From Armatimonadota bacterium (GTDB lineage Bacteria; Armatimonadota; Armatimonadia; Armatimonadales; Armatimonadaceae): a stretch of 39,981 nucleotides of DNA. The stretch is taken from positions 1 through 39,981 of the forward strand of contig JACMIU010000073.1 of NCBI GenBank assembly GCA_014380985.1, read 5' to 3'. Below, one piece after another: positions 27,595 through 35,756 of this stretch. Position 1 is the first letter of the stretch. Each line of letters opens with the position of its first letter. Position numbers and translations under genes: made by a program. Under the pieces are notes generated by a model. That model worked only from the letters and a program-made list of their open reading frames with translations, ran no database searches and had not been told where the DNA came from.

Positions 27595-28578
27595 TTATCC
27601 CCACCCTCTTTTGTCGAAACCACGGCTTAACCACTGCGGAAGCGGCGATTCCTGCCCATTCAGCACCACGCCGATAACGTTTGCCCGCCCAACGCGCTCG
27701 ATAGCGTCGGTCGCCACGTCTTTCGGGGTAACACCGGCACGTACCACCATCACCACGCCTTGCAAGTGGTTTTGAATCGGGAATGTGTTGCCGCTGGCGA
27801 CGCTCGGTAAATCCACCACAATCAGGTCTGCCCATGCCCGCGCAATGGCGAACAGATCGCCCATGCGCGGCGAGTGCGCGGTTTTTTCGGCGCGGCGCGG
27901 GATTTTGCCGGACGGGAGCAGATACAGGTTTTTTAGATTCTCGCACTGCAAAAGCGGAAGCGGCAAAAAGTTCGGTTCGGAATCGCCATCCCATTCCAAA
28001 ACATCCACCGCCCCATGCACCGGGGTAGCGATTCCGAGGCGGTGGCACAGCACATCCTGTCCCAAACCCAAGTCTATCAGGCAGACATTTCGGTAACTGT
28101 TGTGGGCGAGCGCGAGCGCGATATGCAGCGCGGTGGTAGTTTTTCCTTCTCCGGGGACGGCACTGGTGACGCCGATTACGGTGGCGGTGTTCGCCGTGCC
28201 GCGCCGCGCCGCCGCGCCGAACCGGGGCGCGGGCGTATGGCGCGATACATCGCCCCCCGCTTCGCGGTAGCGAAGCAGAATCGTTTCGCTAATCGTCGCC
28301 GCCTGCGTTCCGAGCAAGGTTTCCTGCACCGTGTCGGGATAGGCGGTAACGGCTTCGACGCGCACCGGTAGCGCGGCTTCGTGCGCGACTTCGATGGTTG
28401 TCACGGTTTGCTGTTCGGCATAGGAGCGCAGGTCGGCGCGGCGGAACGGGTCACGCACCCCGGCATCACCAAAGGAAGGCGCGACCGGAGAAGGCACGGC
28501 AGAGTGGCTTTCGGCGACTATACCGGCGAACGATTCTTTTTCGACGGGATTATTACCCGTGAGCGACGATGGCATCAT
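27595..28578 (-). CDS. BY-kinase-like P-loop ATPase (CpsD/CapB/EpsG-like) lacking a C-terminal tyrosine cluster
   Basis: The start at 28578 (MMPSSL) forms an ATGA overlap with the upstream PCP stop. Walker A is VPGEGKTTTA at about residue 143. The Walker A'-like motif is VCLIDLGLGQD and Walker B is DLIVVDLPS. The last 55 aa contain no Tyr. Confidence 0.75.
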   Translation of the reverse strand: MMPSSLTGNNPVEKESFAGIVAESHSAVPSPVAPSFGDAGVRDPFRRADLRSYAEQQTVTTIEVAHEAALPVRVEAVTAYPDTVQETLLGTQAATISETILLRYREAGGDVSRHTPAPRFGAAARRGTANTATVIGVTSAVPGEGKTTTALHIALALAHNSYRNVCLIDLGLGQDVLCHRLGIATPVHGAVDVLEWDGDSEPNFLPLPLLQCENLKNLYLLPSGKIPRRAEKTAHSPRMGDLFAIARAWADLIVVDLPSVASGNTFPIQNHLQGVVMVVRAGVTPKDVATDAIERVGRANVIGVVLNGQESPLPQWLSRGFDKRGWG

Positions 28579-30194
28579 AGTTGGATCACTTCCTGCGGGC
28601 TTTGATTGCGTTGTGACGCGGCGGGCATATCCGACGGGTTGGTAGTGGGTTGCCACCACGGGTCGGCGACGGTTTTGCTGGCGAGAAGGTGGCGTGGATT
28701 CGAGATAACACGCACGGCGGGCAAGCACAGAACAACCGGTACGCCGAGCATTTTCTCCACGTCTGCCGCGTAGCGCACGGACGGGTCGGCGAGTTCGGCT
28801 CCTAAAATCAATCCCGACCCGACGATGACACCGAAAACCACTGTGCCGACCAGAATCAAGGCGTTTTTCTTGATGCCGTTACTGGCACTGGCGTACACGG
28901 TTCCGATAGGCACCAAAGTCGAGGTGGCGGCGACTTTATCTAAGTTCGCCTTGATTTGGGCTTGTTCGCGCCGCTTGAGCAGGTCTTCGTACTGCTCTTT
29001 CATGATCGAGTAATCGCGGGTTTTATCGGTTAGCTCGCGGGCGGCATCGGGCAAAAGTCGCACTCTTTTTTCGTACTCGCTGATATTTTGGTCGAGCAGG
29101 GCAAGGCGGGAAGTGTTGGTGGCTTGTTCGATTTTCGCCTGTGTGAGTTGCTCGGAAAGGCTCGTATATTCGGGGTTGGCTTGCGTGGTGGTTTGTACCA
29201 CGTTCGCACTCGCGCCGTTCGCGCTGCGTTCGCGCACACGCTCGGCGTTTTGTTCTTGCGCGAGGCGATTTCTCAGCACACGAATCTGCGCGTCGAGCGG
29301 CTTGATCATACTGCCATCGGCGCGGTAATCGCCGCTGAGCAGAGCGACACGACGCGCTTCAATGCTTTGCAGATTGGCAGCGGTCGGCGATTCGGCTTTG
29401 GGAGATTTGCTGGTAGTTTCTTCCAGAATCGAGGTCGGCTTGACCTGTGTCAGTCGCGCTTCGATGGCTCCGCGCTGAAGAATCGCGTCTTGCGAGGCGA
29501 TTCGTAGGTAGTCGCGCTCGGAGCGGAGCAGGGCGAGTTGCTCGATTTCGCCGGAGGCGGATTCGGGCAGTTGTCCGAAATGTTCGCGCTTATACTGAAT
29601 CAAGGCTTTCTCGGCGACGCGCATCCGGTAGCGATACGATTGTATTTGCGTATCAAGGAAACTCGCGGTGGCGATGGACTGCGCTTGGCGCGACGCACCC
29701 GCCTCCTCAACATAACCGCTCTGCAACGCACGGAGAATCCGTTCACACTCTCCGGCGTTGTCCCAAACCAGCGAAATCGTGAACACATCGTTACTGTTTA
29801 CTTGAACCGCGAGTTTGCTCCGCAGTTCGGCGAACCGTTTGTCGCGCACCCGTGGATCAACGCGCATGGGACGGGCGAGACGCGCATTTTTCAGCACGTC
29901 ATCAAGGAAACCGCCCGGCTCATCGTCGCGTAGCAGGTCGTTAAACCGGCTGACGTTTTGCTGGGCGGGGCTGATCCAACTGTGCCGTGTCAGTCCCAGT
30001 ACCGTCGCCACTTCCTGATCGGCAACTACCTGCGTGGAAGCGGAGGCGACGTAGGAAGCGGAGCGCAAATACAGGGCGACACCCACCAGAAGGGGCATAC
30101 CCAGCGTGGCTATCCAAAAAAGTTTTTGATGCCGGTAAAACGCTTCCAAAGCGCGGTGCGCTATAGAGTTTCGACCTTGGTGCGATGATAACAT
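28575..30194 (-). CDS. Polysaccharide co-polymerase / chain-length determinant (Wzz-GumC/EpsF-like, no kinase domain)
   Basis: 539 aa. It has an N-terminal TM (LFWIATLGMPLLVGVALYL), a long coiled-coil periplasmic segment and a C-terminal TM (ALILVGTVVFGVIVGSGLILG). Confidence 0.8.
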   Translation of the reverse strand: MLSSHQGRNSIAHRALEAFYRHQKLFWIATLGMPLLVGVALYLRSASYVASASTQVVADQEVATVLGLTRHSWISPAQQNVSRFNDLLRDDEPGGFLDDVLKNARLARPMRVDPRVRDKRFAELRSKLAVQVNSNDVFTISLVWDNAGECERILRALQSGYVEEAGASRQAQSIATASFLDTQIQSYRYRMRVAEKALIQYKREHFGQLPESASGEIEQLALLRSERDYLRIASQDAILQRGAIEARLTQVKPTSILEETTSKSPKAESPTAANLQSIEARRVALLSGDYRADGSMIKPLDAQIRVLRNRLAQEQNAERVRERSANGASANVVQTTTQANPEYTSLSEQLTQAKIEQATNTSRLALLDQNISEYEKRVRLLPDAARELTDKTRDYSIMKEQYEDLLKRREQAQIKANLDKVAATSTLVPIGTVYASASNGIKKNALILVGTVVFGVIVGSGLILGAELADPSVRYAADVEKMLGVPVVLCLPAVRVISNPRHLLASKTVADPWWQPTTNPSDMPAASQRNQSPQEVIQL

Positions 30195-30230
30195 AAAAAG
30201 ATAGATTCCTTGGGAAACTTGCTAATGCCA

Positions 30231-31529
30231 TTAGCGGACGAAAAACCCGGCGAAGGGCAGAAAACTCATCGCCTCGCGTAGCACGTTGGTGCGGTTCCTA
30301 CCTTGCCCTTTGGTCGGCAGGTACAGCACATCCCCCGTTAGCAAAACCACGTCTGCCGGGGCATCGCCTTTGCCGGGCTTGGTGTTGTTTTTCTTGTTTT
30401 TGATGCCGTTTTCCAAATTGATGGGAAAAATCTGCGGTTCTCCGTTCGCCGATAATCGCACCACGGAGGCGTTTTTCAGGTCGCATTCGGGCGTCGCCCC
30501 CCCGGCTCCAAACAAAGCACCGAGGGCGGTGACCGGTTTTTCGGGGTGCAGTTCCCGCGTTCCCGGCACTGCCACGGCTCCGATTACCGAGTAGGAAAGC
30601 GCGTTAAGTGGAATCAGAAGCGTGTCGCCGGGAAGGAGTTTTGGAACCGGGTTCGCGCCCACGGCTTTTAGAGTGCCATCTGTGGAAAGGGAAGACAAAT
30701 CCACGGCAATGGTTTCGTTCCCGCGCCGGATGCTCGCTTCGGCAAGTTTCGCACGGGGGATAATGCCCCCCGCTTCTATTAGTGCCGTCACTATCGAGCC
30801 ATCCGCGGGGGCGGAGACCGTGCCGGGTTTGGCGACCGCGCCCAAGATTTGTATCCGCGTTTTCGTGGCGTCTTTTTCGCGCACCAGTAGGACATCGCCG
30901 GGTTCGAGGCGATGGTTTTGCGTGGCGTCGGCTTCGCCCAGTAGGCGCACGAGATCCACCGGGGTCGCGGTTCCGGTCGAAGCGCGTACCAGCGTGGTTT
31001 GCACCCACTCCGGTCGGTCAATGAGAAGCCCACCGGCTTCCGCCAATAGGTCAAGAACGCGCCAGCCCTCCTCTAAAACAAACTTGCCCGGTTGCCGAAC
31101 CGCGCCCAGCACACCGACACGGGTGACAAGCCGCTTGGCGATAGTGACCGTAACCTGCGGATTGTTCAGTTCCTTTGACAGCCCGGCGCGTAATGCTTCG
31201 GCAAGTTCGGGAGCGGTGCGCCCCGCCGCTTTCAAATCTCCGAGGAGCGGGTAGGTAATCTTGCCGTCGGTTCCCACGCTGACGCTACGGGACAGTTCCG
31301 GCTTGCCAAACACCTCGACCGTAACCGTGTCCCCGGCGAGGATTCGCACCGCGACGACAGCCGCTTCCGCCACCGGCGATTGACCGATGGGAGCCACCGG
31401 CGATTGTGCCGCCGCGCCTGTGGAGACGCCCCAAAGAGCGACGCCGAAAACAAAGCAAATCGCGGACACGGGGCGAAGTGTGTTTTGACGGTTGATGCAG
31501 TTCGCGGTTAAGTTGGAAACAGTTTGCAC
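30231..31529 (-). CDS. Polysaccharide export protein (Wza/OPX, Poly_export + multiple SLBB)
   Basis: 432 aa from a GTG start, with GGGAG upstream. It has a signal/anchor segment. Motifs: GDTVTVEVFGKPELSRSVSVGTDGKITYPLLGDLKAAGRTAPELAEALRAGLSKELNNPQVTVTI, VLGAVRQPG and ILGAVAKPG (SLBB repeats). Confidence 0.85.
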   Translation of the reverse strand: MQTVSNLTANCINRQNTLRPVSAICFVFGVALWGVSTGAAAQSPVAPIGQSPVAEAAVVAVRILAGDTVTVEVFGKPELSRSVSVGTDGKITYPLLGDLKAAGRTAPELAEALRAGLSKELNNPQVTVTIAKRLVTRVGVLGAVRQPGKFVLEEGWRVLDLLAEAGGLLIDRPEWVQTTLVRASTGTATPVDLVRLLGEADATQNHRLEPGDVLLVREKDATKTRIQILGAVAKPGTVSAPADGSIVTALIEAGGIIPRAKLAEASIRRGNETIAVDLSSLSTDGTLKAVGANPVPKLLPGDTLLIPLNALSYSVIGAVAVPGTRELHPEKPVTALGALFGAGGATPECDLKNASVVRLSANGEPQIFPINLENGIKNKKNNTKPGKGDAPADVVLLTGDVLYLPTKGQGRNRTNVLREAMSFLPFAGFFVR

Positions 31530-31559
31530 TCTCGTTTATCTCCCTGCGGTGATATTGCC

Positions 31560-31601
31560 GGATAGGTGGGGAAACAGCTCACCACGTTTTCCCACCTATC
31601 C
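31560..31601. promoter_or_regulatory. 16-bp-stem hairpin in the leader/promoter of the minus-strand EPS export operon
   Basis: ggataggtggggaaac (31560-31575), a 10-nt loop, then gttttcccacctatcc (31586-31601), with 15/16 complementarity. On the minus strand it is immediately preceded by TACAAT (plus-strand attgta, 31602-31607). It lies 31 nt upstream of the GTG start at 31529. Confidence 0.5.
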
Positions 31602-31918
31602 ATTGTAAGAGAGCATGGTAAATTATTCCTACCGCTCAGGTTGTTGGTTGAAGTAGGCAAATAGGGGCAAATTATAATCGCACCGGAGATAGAACGGCGC
31701 GTCTATCGAAAGTTATAGAGTGAAGAGGGGGTAAAGGAAATAGAAGCCTATAAGAACGCTTGCGACGGGATGCTTTACAACAAGACGTCACGCTCAAGTA
31801 CACGCACGTAGCATTAGGGAGCGACTGTTCAAGGGCATAGCATTCGTTACCCTGCCTTTTCGGGTATAAGAGCGAGGGGCGTTTTCCGATTCGGCGACGC
31901 CCGGCGCAGTACCTGACC

Positions 31919-32155
31919 ATGAACACTTTAACCGATACCGATTCCGTTGCCGTGGACTCCACGATGTTACAAGCCGTCGCCTATCATGCCGAAACGCAAG
32001 TTTTGACACTGACGTTTCACGATGGCGCGGTCTACGAATACGACGATGTGCCGCAGTCGGTGTACGATGAACTGCTGAATGCCGAAAGCAAGGGGCAGTA
32101 CGCCCATTCGCGGATTATAGACTGCTACCCGTACCGCAAGGTGCGCCGCCGATAA
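31919..32155 (+). CDS. KTSC-domain protein
   Basis: 78 aa. VDSTMLQAVAYHAETQVLTLTFHDGAVYEYDDVPQSVYDELLNAESKGQYAHSRI matches the KTSC domain pattern. Confidence 0.75.
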   Translation: MNTLTDTDSVAVDSTMLQAVAYHAETQVLTLTFHDGAVYEYDDVPQSVYDELLNAESKGQYAHSRIIDCYPYRKVRRR

Positions 32156-32275
32156 AGCCCGACGCCCACGCTACTGCGATACTGCGGTCGTCGCGTCAAG
32201 ATTCGCTTGTGCTACGATACCTGTTGCTCCCGAACCGCCGACCCCCTCGCTAAAAATCGGATAAAATAAACCGAT

Positions 32276-32800
32276 ATGCGTGACGAAGCCGATTTATCTT
32301 TGTTGTTCCCGCCCACGGATACCTGCTATATTTGCGGCATGGCGCACTCGTCCTCCGCCGACAACTGTCCCCGTTGCGGGGCGACCGGGGGAGACATCCG
32401 GTTACTGCTACGCGCCGGGGCGAAGGCGTATTCGCACGCCCGCGAAGCCGCACTCGCGTACCGCTTCGCCGAGGCGCGTGAGCATCTGCGCGTTGCGGCG
32501 TCGCTTGGACTGGGGCAATGCGCGGCGTGTTGGGAACTCTCGCGCCTTGTCGAAAAAAGCGATGCCAACGTCGGCGCGAACGAGGACGCCGATTATGCCC
32601 TCGCGCACCATCTGGCGAAGGAAGGGCGGCACGACGCGGTACGAGCCATCGCGTTGCCGCCGACTCCGATTGCTACGGAGTTGCGCCGTTTATCCCAACA
32701 AGCCGCGACACAAACCCGACAACAATACGGGGGTGCAATAGTGCGGTACGCGCTTTGGGGAGTGTTTTGCGTGTTTCTTGCTATAATAGCAGGATGTTAG
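32276..32800 (+). CDS. Hypothetical tail-anchored protein with an N-terminal zinc ribbon
   Basis: 174 aa. CYICGMAHSSSADNCPRCG (CxxC-x10-CxxC), a helical middle region, and a C-terminal TM IVRYALWGVFCVFLAIIAGC. Competing overlapping ORFs are compositionally poorer. Confidence 0.55.
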   Translation: MRDEADLSLLFPPTDTCYICGMAHSSSADNCPRCGATGGDIRLLLRAGAKAYSHAREAALAYRFAEAREHLRVAASLGLGQCAACWELSRLVEKSDANVGANEDADYALAHHLAKEGRHDAVRAIALPPTPIATELRRLSQQAATQTRQQYGGAIVRYALWGVFCVFLAIIAGC

Positions 32801-32928
32801 CGGCATTGGCGGGAACCTTTCCCCGTGCTTTTTGTGTCATTTATATTCCCGGCAACGAAAAGGTTCAGCGTTGCCGGGAAGTCATCGCCCGTAGCGAAGC
32901 GGGCAGGTAAATCGTTGGAACAGTTTCT

Positions 32929-34266
32929 ATGGCGATGGATGGCGGAAGCGAAGACAGTTTATACACCGTGTTAGGCGTTGCGGAAACCGCGACCGCCGAC
33001 GAGATTAAACGCGCCTACTATCAATTGGTACGGCAGGTGCGCCCGGACGCCGACCCGAAAACGTACCACACGTTTCAAAACGCCGGAGTGGTGCTGTCCG
33101 ACCCACGAAAACGGCGCGAATACGATCAGTTGCGCGATGCCGGACGTCGCGTCGAGGTGCTGACCGACCAAGCCGCCGCCGCCGTGGCAAGCGACCCGCA
33201 AAAAGCGTTCGGATTGCTCAAAGCCGCCGTGGAAATCGCGCCCGACGCCCCGCGTCCGCGCCTCCTGCTCGCGCACGTTTTGACGCGCCTCAACGATTTT
33301 ATGGGCGCGGAAAAGCAGTATCGGCATTTGCTCAAAGAACGCCCTTTCGACGAAACGCTGATGTACCGCTTCGCCCGTTGCCTGTTTGTGCAGGAACGCT
33401 ACGACGATGCCGAGCGGGTTTTGGGCGGGGCGGTGCGTCTCAACCCGCGCTACCACGACGCGCACATATTGCTCGGTCGAATCTACGAGAAATCGGGGCA
33501 GTTCGGCGCGGCGATTTACGCGCTGGAAAAATCCATCGAGAACGACGGCGCGGAGGATTACGCCGATTTCGACGCGCTACTTCGCTTGCTGACCCTGCAC
33601 CTGCGGATGGAGAACGGCGCGGAAGCGGAGAGTACGGCACAGCGCATCATGGCGGTTTTGCCCGCGCCGAACACCCCCGACCCGACCCGGCAATGTGAGC
33701 GGGCGGCGAAACGGATGCTTGATCGCGCCAGAGAACTGGTTTCCGAGGATGCCGTAATCACCGTTCGCGCTCTCGCCGCCCTCGGCGCACGGCTCCCGAA
33801 TGGAACGCCGGAAACCGCACAAGCCTTTGCCGAAGTGTCGCGGGACGCCCGCTTGTTCGCGGAGGCAAAGCACCTACAAGAGGACCATCTCGCCCCGCCC
33901 GCGCTGAAGCGTCTTGCCGAGGGCTTGTATCTGAACCGCAACCTGCCCGAATCCGAACGCGCCGCGAGGAAGCGCGAAGTCACCGACGCTCTGCACGAAG
34001 CCGTGACCACCAACGCCGCGAAGATTCAAAACGTGCTGGAATATATCAAGCGCGAATACCCGTTTTTTAGCGCGGAACAAGGCGCGTTGCTTTCCGAAAC
34101 TGCCGCCCGCGCCGTGCGCCGCCTCGCTATAAACGGGGAATCTTCCTCAAATATGGGAAACGCCGCCGATCTCCCGCCCGGCGGAATCGCTCCGGTAGAA
34201 TCGCCAGAAGCGGCACTGCCCGCTTCGCGCAAAGGCTTCATGGGCTGGTTCAAGGGCAAGAAATAG
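32929..34266 (+). CDS. J-domain-like protein with TPR repeats (HPD replaced by RPD)
   Basis: The N-terminus SLYTVLGVAETATADEIKRAYYQLVRQVRPDADP...LSDPRKRREYDQL has J-domain architecture. It is followed by TPR-like repeats (e.g. YDDAERVLGGAVRLNPRYHDAHILLGRIYEKSGQFGAAIYALEKSIE). Confidence 0.8.
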   Translation: MAMDGGSEDSLYTVLGVAETATADEIKRAYYQLVRQVRPDADPKTYHTFQNAGVVLSDPRKRREYDQLRDAGRRVEVLTDQAAAAVASDPQKAFGLLKAAVEIAPDAPRPRLLLAHVLTRLNDFMGAEKQYRHLLKERPFDETLMYRFARCLFVQERYDDAERVLGGAVRLNPRYHDAHILLGRIYEKSGQFGAAIYALEKSIENDGAEDYADFDALLRLLTLHLRMENGAEAESTAQRIMAVLPAPNTPDPTRQCERAAKRMLDRARELVSEDAVITVRALAALGARLPNGTPETAQAFAEVSRDARLFAEAKHLQEDHLAPPALKRLAEGLYLNRNLPESERAARKREVTDALHEAVTTNAAKIQNVLEYIKREYPFFSAEQGALLSETAARAVRRLAINGESSSNMGNAADLPPGGIAPVESPEAALPASRKGFMGWFKGKK

Positions 34267-34342
34267 GTCGTGGTCGGCGAAAACTTCGTTTTGCCTGCTT
34301 TACCCGGCGACAACCCTCAGCGAAAGTTTTTTCGCGCCCCGC

Positions 34343-34371
34343 TTGACAGGCGACAAAAACACGGCTATACT
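34343..34371 (+). promoter_or_regulatory. Sigma70-like promoter (TTGACA-17 nt-TATACT)
   Basis: ttgaca at 34343-34348, a 17-nt spacer, and tatact at 34366-34371. It lies about 175 nt upstream of the pilin-like gene's ATG. Confidence 0.5.
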
Positions 34372-34546
34372 ACACCCATTCCGACAGTCTGAATCAACAG
34401 AATGGGTAGGATAAAAACTGTTTCGTGCTACGCAACGTTGCGCTCCCTCTTACGGAAAATTGTTCGCGGCATAAAGTCGCCGCCCGTGCTGCTTGGTGAA
34501 CAAGCGGCACATCCTATCACCGCCCGGTTTTTGGAGGATTCTGTTT

Positions 34547-35521
34547 ATGCACAATGCTATCACTGCCTACCGCCCTGTCTCGGCGAAACGCTCTGCCTTT
34601 ACCTTAATCGAACTGCTCGTCGTTATAGCGATAATCGCCATCCTCGCCGCGATTCTATTCCCCGTGTTCGCCAAAGCGCGAGATACGGCGCGAAAAGCCG
34701 CATCCATCAGCAACGTGAATCAGATTTTGAAAGCGCAACTGATGTACATTCAAGATTACGATGAAACATTCTGTCCCGCCGTTGCGGATGACAACCCTAA
34801 ACTAAACGATGGCGCGAACTATATTGACTGGGATGCCTCGTGGATGCTAAAACTACAACCATACACAAAAAGCACGGCTGTTTTCAAGTCACCCAACGGT
34901 CTTGGCAACGAGCCGAATGTTTCCGAATCTGCTCTTTTTCCGGTACGTACCAGCGGATATACCATCTATTCGTATGCTATGATGCCGCGCTGGAAGGTCT
35001 ATACCGGTGACGATCCGGGTGTCGGGGCGAATGGCACTTGGAAAACCGGCTATGCAACCGCCCTTTATGAAGGTGTAGGCGGCTATCAGCGTGATCCTGC
35101 GGTCGCGGCACGATTCGGCGGTGGCGACCCATGCGGAGTTGGTGCTACGCAAGCAAAACGTGTGCAAGCCCCATCGCGCTCACTTGGCGAGGTTGCCCGT
35201 CCATCAGAAACAGCACTGGTGGTCGAAGCGCGTGGCTGGGACTATGGCTTTACCTGCGTCAACTATTACCCCGCTCCAATTGATGCCGATACTTACCCTC
35301 CCGTGACATCAAGCACCGAAGGCGTAAACTTCGCGGGACGTTACAGTTTTGAGGGAACCAAAACCTACGCCGCGACCGGGCAGGTCAAATACCAGATTGG
35401 GTTCGGTCCCGTCGGTTTCACCGATGGTCATGTCAAGGCGATGAAAACGGAGCAATTCTTTGACACGATAATCCTGAAAAATGGGGCGAGAGCGTACAAG
35501 TATCAATACGCTTTGGAGTAA
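34547..35521 (+). CDS. Prepilin-type N-terminal methylation-domain protein (pseudopilin-like, DUF1559-like family; tentative)
   Basis: Start at ATG 34547, with GGAGGA 8 nt upstream. Class III signal SAFTLIELLVVIAIIAILAAILFPVFAKARD. The C-terminal FTDGHVKAM resembles the conserved DG(H) end of this family. Confidence 0.85.
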   Translation: MHNAITAYRPVSAKRSAFTLIELLVVIAIIAILAAILFPVFAKARDTARKAASISNVNQILKAQLMYIQDYDETFCPAVADDNPKLNDGANYIDWDASWMLKLQPYTKSTAVFKSPNGLGNEPNVSESALFPVRTSGYTIYSYAMMPRWKVYTGDDPGVGANGTWKTGYATALYEGVGGYQRDPAVAARFGGGDPCGVGATQAKRVQAPSRSLGEVARPSETALVVEARGWDYGFTCVNYYPAPIDADTYPPVTSSTEGVNFAGRYSFEGTKTYAATGQVKYQIGFGPVGFTDGHVKAMKTEQFFDTIILKNGARAYKYQYALE

Positions 35522-35524
35522 CAA

Positions 35525-35737
35525 ATGAGTAACCGAACAATACAATTACTTGTCGTGGTCACATCGGCACTGAGCCTTTTGACCTCCTCCGGGTGTTTCA
35601 AGGAATATCCCGGTGACCCGCCTGTAACCGCGCCGAAAGCAGGGGAAGGTAGCAGGGCAAAGGCTCCTACCGCTCCCGCGTCCGACGCTACCGAGACAAA
35701 CGCCTCGCCGGCACAGACACGTAGCGACGGCAGATAG
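35525..35737 (+). CDS. Small probable lipoprotein
   Basis: 70 aa. MSNRTIQLLVVVTSALSLLTSSGC is a signal peptide with a Cys in lipobox position (non-ideal SSGC), followed by a Pro/Ala-rich tail. It starts 3 nt after the pilin-like gene's stop. Confidence 0.5.
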   Translation: MSNRTIQLLVVVTSALSLLTSSGCFKEYPGDPPVTAPKAGEGSRAKAPTAPASDATETNASPAQTRSDGR

Positions 35738-35756
35738 CCGGTCGCATAGGAAACGA

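Noticed and set aside
31648-31678. TTGAAG-19 nt-TATAAT as a promoter for the KTSC gene
   Set aside because: The -10 is perfect, but the spacer is 19 nt and the element would leave a leader of about 240 nt. It is plausible but not convincing enough to list as a feature.
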